64,000 bases of DNA from Promethearchaeota archaeon (GTDB lineage: Archaea > Asgardarchaeota > Lokiarchaeia > Sigyniarchaeales > SOKP01), in contig JBHLNS010000012.1 in the NCBI GenBank assembly GCA_048941285.1, forward strand, positions 1 through 64,000, in the 5' to 3' direction. A program made the position numbers and the translations under genes. The notes below the pieces were generated by a model. It was not told the DNA's origin, searched no databases, and saw only the letters and a program-made list of their open reading frames with translations. Position 1 is the stretch's first letter, and each line of letters starts with the position of its first letter. Positions 39,035 through 48,695 of the stretch are shown here, piece by piece.

Positions 39035-39925
39035 CTATTTTATTTCTTCCATTTTTATTGATCTTTTCCCTAATAAAAAAAAACTTACTATAATTAGTGA
39101 TACTCCGGATACTAAAAAGAATATAGAAAGGATAAATGGGGGGCTCATAAGAAATACAATGAAATATATAAAAATTGGAGATATTAAGACAGGCATATTT
39201 TGGATAGGGATCAAATTACTTGCTTGACCCACTCTATAAGCATACTGTATTGTTGTCAAACCATAAATATTGCATAAAATCAATATAATTATTGCTGTTA
39301 TACATAATATAAGTTGAGGTATATTAAAACTCCCACTAAATACATCTGTTATTGTTCCAATAAATTGACTTACCCATAAATTACCTAGTGCAAACATTAA
39401 ACCTGATAAGATCGCTAAAAGTATCCCTTTAAATCTCTCACTGTTTTTCTGAAAAATATAACATAATAGAGATAAAATGACAAGAATTATTGTATAAAGA
39501 ATTAATCTTATTAGAAACCAGAATTCTAACAGATCAGCTTCAATAATTTCAATTGATAATTGACTTAAACTTAATAATAGCGTTCCTGCTATCATTAACA
39601 AAATTCCCATATATTCCTCTAATTTTAACCTTTCTCCTATAAGTTTTATAGATCCAATAACCAACACTATTAATCCTAAGGACATAAGTCCTGGTATAAG
39701 TGCTGGGCCAATAAAACCCTGGGCAGTTAAAAAAAAAATTGAACTAATTCCAAAACTTAAAAATACACCCAATATCCAAGTTGGATTTCTAACTAGACTT
39801 TTCATAAATTTAGATTCGGAGGATATTTTGTTTACCGCTTTCTTTTGAAAAACCGAGCCTAATTGTGTTATAATACCTGCTAATACTGCCAAGAGAACCC
39901 CTATCCAATATAAAGATGATGCCAT
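39035..39925 (-). CDS. DMT-superfamily (NIPA/EamA-like) membrane protein
   Basis: About 9 hydrophobic segments, with G.VFQKKA and LIGERL motifs. Confidence 0.75.
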   Translation of the reverse strand: MASSLYWIGVLLAVLAGIITQLGSVFQKKAVNKISSESKFMKSLVRNPTWILGVFLSFGISSIFFLTAQGFIGPALIPGLMSLGLIVLVIGSIKLIGERLKLEEYMGILLMIAGTLLLSLSQLSIEIIEADLLEFWFLIRLILYTIILVILSLLCYIFQKNSERFKGILLAILSGLMFALGNLWVSQFIGTITDVFSGSFNIPQLILCITAIIILILCNIYGLTTIQYAYRVGQASNLIPIQNMPVLISPIFIYFIVFLMSPPFILSIFFLVSGVSLIIVSFFLLGKRSIKMEEIK

Positions 39926-40090
39926 TCTTCATCAAAATATATTTGAATATTAATTTATGATGCTTCTAATTATTCATTATTTAACTTTTATAAATTTAAA
40001 GCTTTCACTAATTTATAACATAATTTATAGTAAAAAAGCAGAAAAAAAAAGGGAAAATATTAATCAAAAGTATTAATTGTCTAAACTATT

Positions 40091-40912
40091 ATGGAGTGTA
40101 ACCTTAAAAATTTAACCGTATATTATGAGGAATTCGGCACAGGTCAACCCATTTTAATGATTCATGGATTTACACCTGATCATCGATTAATGAAAGGATG
40201 TTTGGAGCCAATTTTTAAAAACAGGAAAAATTATAGACGCATCTATTTTGATTTACCAGGAATGGGTAAGACAATCGGACCAAAATGGTTAAAAAATTCA
40301 GACCAAATGTTAGATATTCTGATAGATTTTATTGATGAAATTCTGCCAAATGAAAGGTTTATAATTGCAAGTGAATCTTATGGATGTTATTTAGCAAGAG
40401 GAATCATTCATAGGCGATCCGAATTTCTAAATGGCGTTCTATTTATTTGCCCTCTTATAATTCCTCAACCAGATAAACGAGATTTACCCAAGAATTTCAT
40501 TGTTCTAAAAAGAGATGTCAATTTAATCTCACGTTTAAATCCTTCTGACGCTGAAGAAGTAGAAAATTCTTTAGTTATTCAAAGCCAAAAAATATGGAAT
40601 AGATACAAAAATGAGGTCCAATCTGGTTTAAAAATTGCAGATGAGGAATTTTTAGGCGAATTATTTCAAAATGGTTATCCTTTCACTTTAAATGTAGATC
40701 AATTAATAAAAAAATTTGATAAACCTACATTATTTTTACTTGGGAGGCAAGATGTTTCGGTTGGTTATCGTGATTCATGGAAAATTATAGAAAGTTATCC
40801 AAGAGCAACATTTGCTATATTAGATCAAGCGGGACATAATCTACAAATTGAGCAAGAAGAATTATTTAATTCTTTAGTTAATGAATGGTTAGATCGGATT
40901 GAAAATTATTAA
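40091..40912 (+). CDS. Alpha/beta hydrolase
   Basis: MIHGF, DLPGMG, nucleophile elbow SESYG, GRQD and AGHNL motifs. Confidence 0.9.
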   Translation: MECNLKNLTVYYEEFGTGQPILMIHGFTPDHRLMKGCLEPIFKNRKNYRRIYFDLPGMGKTIGPKWLKNSDQMLDILIDFIDEILPNERFIIASESYGCYLARGIIHRRSEFLNGVLFICPLIIPQPDKRDLPKNFIVLKRDVNLISRLNPSDAEEVENSLVIQSQKIWNRYKNEVQSGLKIADEEFLGELFQNGYPFTLNVDQLIKKFDKPTLFLLGRQDVSVGYRDSWKIIESYPRATFAILDQAGHNLQIEQEELFNSLVNEWLDRIENY

Positions 40913-41080
40913 TCAATACAAGACTGTATTTAATAGAATGCCTAACTATTTCAAATTAACTTCTATTTTTGGATAAAATTGAGTTGAGTGAAATTTCTAA
41001 TCACTAGAATTATATAAGTATGAGCTCCTCTCTCTATATTGTTTGAATATTATTTTATAAAATAGAATATAAAAAAAATT

Positions 41081-41497
41081 CTATTCTCCTTGAATTTGGA
41101 CATAAACTCTTCTATTTCGTGGCCCATCATACTCTGCAAACATTATTCCTTGCCATGTCCCTAGCATTAATCTACTATTATTGATTAATATTTCAACGGA
41201 GTGACCTGTTAACGAACATTTAATATGCGCATCAGAATTTCCTTCACCATGTTTATAGGAATACCCTAATCCACCACTCTTAGGAATGAGTTTACTTAAA
41301 TAATTACTAATATCTTTAATAACAGAAGGATCTGCATTTTCATTGATAGTTACCGCTGCAGTAGTATGCGGAACAAATACTCGACATACTCCTTGTTCTA
41401 CACCATATTTTCTAATAATATCATTAACTTGATTAGTAACATCTATTAATACTTCTCGTTCTGGAGTTTTAACTCTAAACTCATCAAATTTAATCAT
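41081..41497 (-). CDS. yjbQ: YjbQ/UPF0047 family protein
   Basis: PHTTAAVTINEN.DP, H.EGNSDAHIK and LGTWQGI.FAEYDGPR motifs. Confidence 0.93.
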   Translation of the reverse strand: MIKFDEFRVKTPEREVLIDVTNQVNDIIRKYGVEQGVCRVFVPHTTAAVTINENADPSVIKDISNYLSKLIPKSGGLGYSYKHGEGNSDAHIKCSLTGHSVEILINNSRLMLGTWQGIMFAEYDGPRNRRVYVQIQGE

Positions 41498-41541
41498 AAA
41501 GTCACCAGAATAAATAATTTTGAAAACCTTAAAATAATTTC

Positions 41542-42309
41542 TTAATCATTAAAAGATCCATGCTTCCCTTTTCCCTTTGAAAATTCCGCGCTACCCTCTA
41601 AGAATTCCCCACTTTCTAAAGTTCTCAAACCATATTCAAATTCTTTTGCCATAGCATCTTTCACATTTAAGCCAAATTGATTATAAACAGATAATCGATC
41701 ATTCCTCATGCAAATTTTTGGAAATTTAGCTAGTTCTCTTGCCAAATTTTCTGCTTGTTGTTTTGATTGACCATCTTCAACAATTCGATTAGCGAGACCC
41801 CAAGAATATGCTTCATCAGTAGCTACAGGGCGTCCTGTTAGGATCATGTCTAATGCTCTACTTAAACCGATAAGTCGGGGTAAGCGAACTGTTCCACCAT
41901 CAATTAAAGGTACGCCAAACCTACGGCAGAACACTCCAAATATAGCACTTCTCTCTACCACTCGTAAATCACACCATAATGCTAATTCGAGACCTCCTGC
42001 AACAGCATATCCCGCAACTGCTGCAATTACTGGTTTTGTTAATCTCATCCTTGTAGGGCCCATAGGCCCATCGCCTTTTTTCTCTATTCGATTTCCAATA
42101 CCCTCTGTTATGGCTTCTAAATTAGCGCCAGAACAAAAAGTACCATTAGCACCCCATAAAACAGCAACTTCTGCTTTATCATCATTTTCAAATTTGCGAA
42201 AAGCATCAGCAAGTTCTTTAGCAGTAGGGCCATCTACAGCATTTTTAACCTTTGGATTATCTAAAATAATCGTATAAATTGGATAGTTTATTTCTATAAA
42301 AACTGCCAT
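41542..42309 (-). CDS. Enoyl-CoA hydratase/isomerase (crotonase) family protein
   Basis: FCSGANL, KPVIAAVAGYAVAGGLELALWCD and GVPLIDGG motifs. The start is probably ATG 42309 (MAVF) rather than 42411. Confidence 0.92.
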   Translation of the reverse strand: MAVFIEINYPIYTIILDNPKVKNAVDGPTAKELADAFRKFENDDKAEVAVLWGANGTFCSGANLEAITEGIGNRIEKKGDGPMGPTRMRLTKPVIAAVAGYAVAGGLELALWCDLRVVERSAIFGVFCRRFGVPLIDGGTVRLPRLIGLSRALDMILTGRPVATDEAYSWGLANRIVEDGQSKQQAENLARELAKFPKICMRNDRLSVYNQFGLNVKDAMAKEFEYGLRTLESGEFLEGSAEFSKGKGKHGSFND

Positions 42310-42668
42310 GGAAAAACATAAATTTTTAGAAATAAAAAATTTAATGAATTTAAAATTGAAATTTGATATATTAATTTGGTTTACTTTTTTAACTAAAACG
42401 GAATCTATCAAATATTATTCCTATTTTAATATTGAATGAAGATTCATTCAAAAATCAACTTTATTTAAAAAATTTCTTTAATCCTTGAAGATTCCTTATG
42501 AAACTCAAATTAAGTATACGTTTTATGATAATGTTGGCGATTTGGTTAAACTTATATATGATGCAAATTATTCAACTAGATATCTATTAAGTCAAACGGA
42601 TATTACACTGAATAGATGTTCATTTAATAAAATTTAAAGAAAAATTTAATAAAAAAAGGTCGAAAAAA

Positions 42669-43694
42669 ATGGTTATAAAAACACAAATAACTGAAATGTT
42701 AGGGATTAAGCATCCAATAGTTGCTGCACCAATGGGACCCTTTTATACAACAAATCTAACAATCGCGGTCTCAGAAGCAGGAGGCTTAGGCGTTTTAAGC
42801 CATGTAACATTAAGTGAAGGCATCACCGTTAATCAAATTAAAGAAAGTATGAAGAAGGTAGTTGAACATACTGATAAACCTTTTGGATTAAATATTAGAA
42901 CCGCAGCATTACAACCTGATGCCATAAAACTATGTAGACAAATTCCAAAGTTTATAATGGATAATCCAAAAATCAAAGAACAATGTACTTATCTAATTAC
43001 AAGTGCAGGGTCTCCAAAGATACTTTACAACAAATATTATAAGGAACTAAAGAAATCATCAAATATCAAAAATTTTCACGTAGTACCTTCTTTAGAGTTA
43101 GCTAAAAAAGTGATAAAAGATGGTGTAGATGGGATAGTCGCAACCGGACACGAAGGTGGAGGGCATCAAGCTTATGAAAGTGCAAGTACTTTAGTACTTT
43201 TACAGCAAATTAGACAAGAAATTCCAGAAATTCCTATTATCGCTTGTGGAGGCTATGGAACTGGAGAAGGATTAGCATCAGCTTTGGCTATGGGAGCTGG
43301 GGCAATTGCAATGGGAACAAGACTTATTGCATCAAAGGAATGTGAATTTCATGAAAATTATAAGAATGAAGTTAAAAATTCTACTATATCCGATACTAAA
43401 ATGGTTACTGGAGTTTTTGGACCAGCAAGAGTTTTAAAGAATAACTATGCAAAAACTGCCACTGTTGTATTAAATAAAGCAGAAAAAAGAGCTGAAGAAA
43501 CTTCTATTGAAGTAATTAGAGAGGGGGTATTAAAATTAGAGAAAGCATATAAAGGAGACGTTGATAATGGTATTATACTCTTAGGACAAAGTTGTGGGCT
43601 GGTAGACGAAATAGAGAGTGTCTCAGACATAATTAATTCAATTGTAGATAGTGCTGAGAAATGCCTTAAGAGTGCATATTACATGGTAAACTAA
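42669..43694 (+). CDS. Nitronate monooxygenase / FabK-like FMN oxidoreductase
   Basis: LGIKHPIV.APM, AVSEAGGLG, GHEGGGH, PIIACGG and MGTR motifs. Confidence 0.9.
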   Translation: MVIKTQITEMLGIKHPIVAAPMGPFYTTNLTIAVSEAGGLGVLSHVTLSEGITVNQIKESMKKVVEHTDKPFGLNIRTAALQPDAIKLCRQIPKFIMDNPKIKEQCTYLITSAGSPKILYNKYYKELKKSSNIKNFHVVPSLELAKKVIKDGVDGIVATGHEGGGHQAYESASTLVLLQQIRQEIPEIPIIACGGYGTGEGLASALAMGAGAIAMGTRLIASKECEFHENYKNEVKNSTISDTKMVTGVFGPARVLKNNYAKTATVVLNKAEKRAEETSIEVIREGVLKLEKAYKGDVDNGIILLGQSCGLVDEIESVSDIINSIVDSAEKCLKSAYYMVN

Positions 43695-43709
43695 ACAAAT
43701 ATGTAAAAT

Positions 43710-43955
43710 ATGGAGATTAACCTTATGATCGATTCTACAATTCTTTCTATTTTTCAAATAAGTGATATCGCAGAAATAAACAGTATAAAGTTATTTGAAT
43801 ATGAAGATTCACTTATGGAATATTTTAATAATAATTCTAATTCAAAAGCTTGTCAACGATACTTTAAATGGTTTAGCAATTCTAAATTTAAAAAGGCTAA
43901 TAATTCATACTTAAAAGATTTTAGAAAATGGTTTTCTGAATATTTTCTAATTTAA
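43710..43955 (+). CDS. Small hypothetical protein
   Basis: 81-aa ORF filling the gap, with no recognisable motif. Confidence 0.45.
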   Translation: MEINLMIDSTILSIFQISDIAEINSIKLFEYEDSLMEYFNNNSNSKACQRYFKWFSNSKFKKANNSYLKDFRKWFSEYFLI

Positions 43956-43978
43956 AAAAAAGTAATAATAAATAAAAT

Positions 43979-45067
43979 TTATTTTTGATTTTTCAAATAT
44001 TCATTCATTTCAACAAAACTGCTAGTTCTAATTAGTGCTGCTTTGAGAAATTGGAACCCTATATCATATGTAGAACCATCTCCTCCGATATGGATAATCC
44101 AGGGTATCTCTTGGTTATAAAGATTTTTTGCTTTCATGATCTTTTTTGCGGTTGAGATTGCTTCAGCAACTGTAGCACCAGATTCAAATAAATGGTGAAC
44201 CCAAGGAACATTCCAAGAAGTTACGTTATCTTTTGAAGTTGAAACTTCTGAACAACTCGTATTATTAACATAAATTATATTCTTATCTGCAACAGCGGTT
44301 GCAGCAGTTGCCATTTGATTTAAAACCATCCCCGCACCACAACCAGGACACAATCCATGACCTGGTTGTAAATGGGTTTGAGGTTGCAGTTTCTTTCGGT
44401 TTACTCTATAAACATCCATAGATTTTTCAGCACCAAATTTATCGATTAATGCTTTTATTTTATTATTGCGTTGCTCTGTTAAGTAAATGATCTCATCAAT
44501 TTCTTTTTCCATGAACTTGGGTTTAAATAGATGCCTAAATTTTCCCATTGATTTAAGATAATCAACAAATTTATCCCTATCAATATCTAATCCGCGATAA
44601 TAAGTAAAAGTGGGGATACCATCGTTAACCCTTACCGTGTAAAGAGGCCAATATCCACAATCAGTTGCTAGTTTTGAGATGTTGAGAGCGTCAGAAGCAT
44701 CATGCCTCCATCCTCTCATACAATCAGAATAAGCTTGAATAAACGCAGAACCATTTGATTTAAGTGCATCAGCTACTTTTCCCATAAAATCATTTGGATA
44801 TGCTGGATTTACTGTAGCTAAGAAAAGTTTTTTAGTTCCATAGAAAGCAAATGGAGTTACTAAATCCTGCTTTATACCTATTTTACCTGGAATTTTATCT
44901 CCTGCTGGACCTGTTGTTGTAGAGGCATAAGGAGGTGTTCCTCCGCTTTCTTGGATCCCTGTATTCATAAACGCTTCATTATCATAATTGAAAAATAATA
45001 CATTACATTTTTCATTTCGGGCTAAGATATCATCAAAATTAATAATATTTCTCTCGGATTTTCCCAT
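43979..45067 (-). CDS. porB: 2-oxoacid:ferredoxin oxidoreductase beta subunit, circularly permuted
   Basis: YDNEAFMNTGIQES near the N-terminus. GHGLCPGCG, NNTSC and GGDGSTYDIGFQ lie in the C-terminal third. Confidence 0.88.
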   Translation of the reverse strand: MGKSERNIINFDDILARNEKCNVLFFNYDNEAFMNTGIQESGGTPPYASTTTGPAGDKIPGKIGIKQDLVTPFAFYGTKKLFLATVNPAYPNDFMGKVADALKSNGSAFIQAYSDCMRGWRHDASDALNISKLATDCGYWPLYTVRVNDGIPTFTYYRGLDIDRDKFVDYLKSMGKFRHLFKPKFMEKEIDEIIYLTEQRNNKIKALIDKFGAEKSMDVYRVNRKKLQPQTHLQPGHGLCPGCGAGMVLNQMATAATAVADKNIIYVNNTSCSEVSTSKDNVTSWNVPWVHHLFESGATVAEAISTAKKIMKAKNLYNQEIPWIIHIGGDGSTYDIGFQFLKAALIRTSSFVEMNEYLKNQK

Positions 45068-46297
45068 TTATTGATTCACCCCTGAAATTCTTTGTTTTGA
45101 TTCTCGAACCCCTAAATATTGATATAACTCTCCTTTCATATCTGATACAGACTCCATTTTCTTTTTTGCTATGTCAAATTCATCTCGAGTAACATCTCTT
45201 CCACCTAAACCAACAATAAAGCTCCTAAAAAGTGTTCCCAAAGGATATAACGCAGAAGCAACTGACATTGAAAACGGCGGTAACAATCCATTTAGAGAAT
45301 CGCTTTTTTCTAGAAGAATTAATTTTTCTAAACCAAATTCTTCTACAATATTCCGTAATTCTTCATGTGGAAAAGGTCGGTATGCTCTGATTTTAATTAA
45401 ACCTATATCCTTGTTTTTTGTCATCCAACTAATAATATTACCACTTACACTACCCATAGTACAAAAAGCAGTTTTAGATGAATTATCTAAATTATAAGTT
45501 TCAATTAGGTTATATTCTCTTCCTGTCTCTGTTTTGAATTTATTAAATACATCCTCCATTTGGCCTAAAACAGGTTTTTTGGCATCTTCTAATCTTGCTC
45601 GTCCTTCCATAAAGTAGGATGGGGTGACAATACCTCCCCATGTTCCTGGCTTTGATGGGTCAATAGTGTGCCTTGACTTCTTGGGAGTCATTCTTTTAAC
45701 AGTTTCATCCGGTATTAATGTTAATTTCTGAACGGAATGAGAAATTATAAATCCATCATGCACAAATATAGTTGGAAATAAAGATTCCTCTGAAATCATG
45801 ACTGAAAGTATTGCTGCATCATAAGTCTCTTGCACATTTTCAGAAACAATTATATTCCACCCAAGCTCAGAATTAACTTGCGTAAATTCCCAAGAATTCC
45901 AAATAGATAAGTTTGGGGAATTGAAAGCTCTAGCAGAAATCATCATTGTTAAAGGCAATCTCCATCCTACTGCCATGGGAAGTGCTTCGGTCATTAATAA
46001 ATAACCTTGACTTGCGGTAGCAGTAAAAGATCTTGCACCCGCTGCACATGCAGCTGTTGAAAAACTTATAGCAGCTAATTCTGATTCGACATTCACAAAT
46101 GCAGCTTTTAATCTTCCATGATGAACCACATCAGATAAACCTTCAACAGACTGAGTTTGTGGGGTAATAGGAAAAGCGCAAATAACATCAGGGTCTGTCT
46201 GAGTCACACCACCAGCAACAGCATAATTTCCTATCATTGTTGTTTCTATTGGTTCCTTAATTTCTTTAAAAAATATTCTCATTGGCTCTATACTCAT
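45068..46297 (-). CDS. porA: 2-oxoacid:ferredoxin oxidoreductase alpha subunit
   Basis: GNYAVA, FPITPQT, VESE, TATASQG, DGFIISH and GLGGRD motifs. An AAGGAGG Shine-Dalgarno supports a start at ATG 46297. Confidence 0.92.
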   Translation of the reverse strand: MSIEPMRIFFKEIKEPIETTMIGNYAVAGGVTQTDPDVICAFPITPQTQSVEGLSDVVHHGRLKAAFVNVESELAAISFSTAACAAGARSFTATASQGYLLMTEALPMAVGWRLPLTMMISARAFNSPNLSIWNSWEFTQVNSELGWNIIVSENVQETYDAAILSVMISEESLFPTIFVHDGFIISHSVQKLTLIPDETVKRMTPKKSRHTIDPSKPGTWGGIVTPSYFMEGRARLEDAKKPVLGQMEDVFNKFKTETGREYNLIETYNLDNSSKTAFCTMGSVSGNIISWMTKNKDIGLIKIRAYRPFPHEELRNIVEEFGLEKLILLEKSDSLNGLLPPFSMSVASALYPLGTLFRSFIVGLGGRDVTRDEFDIAKKKMESVSDMKGELYQYLGVRESKQRISGVNQ

Positions 46298-46311
46298 AAT
46301 ATATTCCTCCT

Positions 46312-47301
46312 TTATTCGGGTACGGCGCATGAGGCCGGACCTTGTTTTAATTCTTTAGTTATTGCTTGAACAGGACAAATTTCTAGGCAATTTTGACAAG
46401 ATTTGCAGTGAGATTGATCAATACCTTTCATATGCCATAGACCATCCTCTCCTCTTTCTCTTATAATTGTAAAATCAGGACAAATGTACCAGCACTGCGC
46501 ACAGTCAGTACATTTTTCCTCATCCCAAATCATATTCCACTCACCCCAAGAACCAGTATTTACTTGCTTACTCCCCATCTCTATAACATCTTCATCACAA
46601 TACCACACACCCGCATCATCTATTTCTTTATATCCTGGTAATCCAGGATAAACCTGTTGCCAAGGAACTTTTGTATCAATGCTAAAATCAATATCAGGAG
46701 CTTCTGATGTTTCATAAATACAAGTCTCTTCATAAGCTTGTTTTATAGCAGCAACATTTTTCCCAGCAATTTCACCTTTGAATCGACGCATTATTGCATC
46801 TGCTAACGCATCAATAGAAAATATAGGCACCACCCTTAATAAAGCTCCTAAAATGATTGTATTTGTAATGTTTCTGCCTAGAATCTCCATTGCAATATTT
46901 AATGCATCGATTGTTGCGATATTTACATCTTTTCGACCAATAATTTGTTGAATTGATACTTGATCCATTGTAGTATTAACAATAAGCCACCCTCCAGGAG
47001 CTAGTCCTGCTATAACATCAACTTCTCCTAAAAGTGAGGGATCTAATACAGAAACTGCATGTGGTGCATAAACTTGTTCATTTGTTCTTACCAAGTCTTC
47101 ATTTGCACTTAACCTAACATAACTTTCTGTTGGAGATCCCATACGTTCTGCACCAAATAAAGGTTGGCAGACTCCATACCCATAAAATGCTTCAACACAT
47201 AAATTAGAAGCAGTAACTCCACCTTGACCACCACGAGCATGAAATCTAAGATTCACTACATTCTCTTTTAAAATTTCTTTCATTTTTTCTGGAGTTAGCA
47301 T
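46312..47301 (-). CDS. 2-oxoacid:ferredoxin oxidoreductase gamma-delta fusion
   Basis: Gamma part: RFHARGGQGGVTA, FGAERMGSP, NTIILGA. Delta part: two ferredoxin motifs, CTDCAQCWYICP and CKSCQNCLEICP. Confidence 0.92.
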   Translation of the reverse strand: MLTPEKMKEILKENVVNLRFHARGGQGGVTASNLCVEAFYGYGVCQPLFGAERMGSPTESYVRLSANEDLVRTNEQVYAPHAVSVLDPSLLGEVDVIAGLAPGGWLIVNTTMDQVSIQQIIGRKDVNIATIDALNIAMEILGRNITNTIILGALLRVVPIFSIDALADAIMRRFKGEIAGKNVAAIKQAYEETCIYETSEAPDIDFSIDTKVPWQQVYPGLPGYKEIDDAGVWYCDEDVIEMGSKQVNTGSWGEWNMIWDEEKCTDCAQCWYICPDFTIIRERGEDGLWHMKGIDQSHCKSCQNCLEICPVQAITKELKQGPASCAVPE

Positions 47302-47444
47302 TTTAAAATAACTCTTAAATTTTTTAAATTAATCAATTTCTATTAAATAAATATTTGGGTAAAAATTAAGTTATGCTTAATCTTTCTTAAAACTTTCTTA
47401 CCGTTCTATTATCAAAAATAAGAGATGTAAATTAAACAATTGAA

Positions 47445-48695
47445 TTAACCATTTAATTCATCGTTTAGTTCCTTTACAACGTCTATACTTAAAAGAAGGA
47501 TTTTTTTTATTCCTTCTTTCGAGACAAGATTCATATTATCTTTTTTCGTATGTACATATTTTAATCCAGGTTGAGAGCCAAGCCAGCAAGCGTCATAACC
47601 TTGTTTTACAATCGGCATAAAATCAGACCACATACCTGTAGGTAAATAAACATCTTTTACCTTAATTTTCAATTTTTTTGCTCTATTTAGAAATAAATTA
47701 TTTAATTTCTCAGAAGATTTCCTTCGTGGAATTCCATAAGACGTAATTAACCTTATTAATTCATTTCCACCAATAGGATCTAGATTAATGAAATAGGTGG
47801 ATTTTTTATCAAATTCCTCATTGTGTTTTTGAATAAAGTCTTTTGCACCCCCTAGATTTAATTCTTCAGAACTAGGGCATAAAAAAATTAAATCGATGTT
47901 ATTTAAAGGATTATTTTTATAATATTTAGAAAGTTCAATAATTGCTCCTACAGCTGCTGCATTGTCATATGCTCCAGGAGATTTATTTTCAGTTTTATTA
48001 AAAAAATTAAAATTACTGATTATACTAATTACAACACATAAGTATAACATTACTATATTGAGAATCACATTGTTAAAAGAAAATATTATTTGAATGATAG
48101 AAAAAACTAGATATAATAGAATAATTACTATAAAACTAAAAAGAGCAACCATAAATAAAATAACTCTTAAACTTGTAGGGAAAGTTTGTGATTTTGAATC
48201 CCAGTGTCCCATAAAAATAACTTTTGCTTTTGAATTCTTACTTTTCAAAGCAGTATAGATATTTTGAGTTGTGTAATTCTTTTCCTCGTTTCTAAATAAT
48301 TTAGTCTGACTTGAAGTAGCTAAACCAAGAATTTTTGCACAAATATACACATTTAATATGATTAATCCCAAACTAAGCCATGGGTTAATGAAATATGACA
48401 ACGCTAGAAGGATTAGACAAAAACTCGAAAGAATAAAGGCATACCTTAAAATATTCCAAACATAAAAGGAAGTTTTAAAACTTTCTTTATATATTTGATT
48501 ATATCCTGCTTTTTTGAACTCATCTGTTACAATTTTTACAGCTTTTCTTTCTCCTTCTGAACCAACTAATCGAGGAAAAGCGAGTCTTTCAGTTATTTTA
48601 TAAGCATTATCAGCATCAAGTTTGTTATCAGTAAATCTTTTTTCCTTTACTTTTTCATTTAATTCTTTAGGATTCATTTTTGATTTTAAAATCAT
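47445..48695 (-). CDS. Membrane-embedded M28 family peptidase
   Basis: PRLVGSEGE, GHWDS, GAYDNAA, SEE.NL.G, SDF and HT..D motifs, with inserted transmembrane hairpins. Confidence 0.85.
   Translation of the reverse strand: MILKSKMNPKELNEKVKEKRFTDNKLDADNAYKITERLAFPRLVGSEGERKAVKIVTDEFKKAGYNQIYKESFKTSFYVWNILRYAFILSSFCLILLALSYFINPWLSLGLIILNVYICAKILGLATSSQTKLFRNEEKNYTTQNIYTALKSKNSKAKVIFMGHWDSKSQTFPTSLRVILFMVALFSFIVIILLYLVFSIIQIIFSFNNVILNIVMLYLCVVISIISNFNFFNKTENKSPGAYDNAAAVGAIIELSKYYKNNPLNNIDLIFLCPSSEELNLGGAKDFIQKHNEEFDKKSTYFINLDPIGGNELIRLITSYGIPRRKSSEKLNNLFLNRAKKLKIKVKDVYLPTGMWSDFMPIVKQGYDACWLGSQPGLKYVHTKKDNMNLVSKEGIKKILLLSIDVVKELNDELNG

Noticed and set aside
42420-42640. Roughly 50-codon TTG-started ORF (MKIPYETQ...) between divergent genes
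   Set aside because: No Shine-Dalgarno or motif, and it lies in a probable promoter region.
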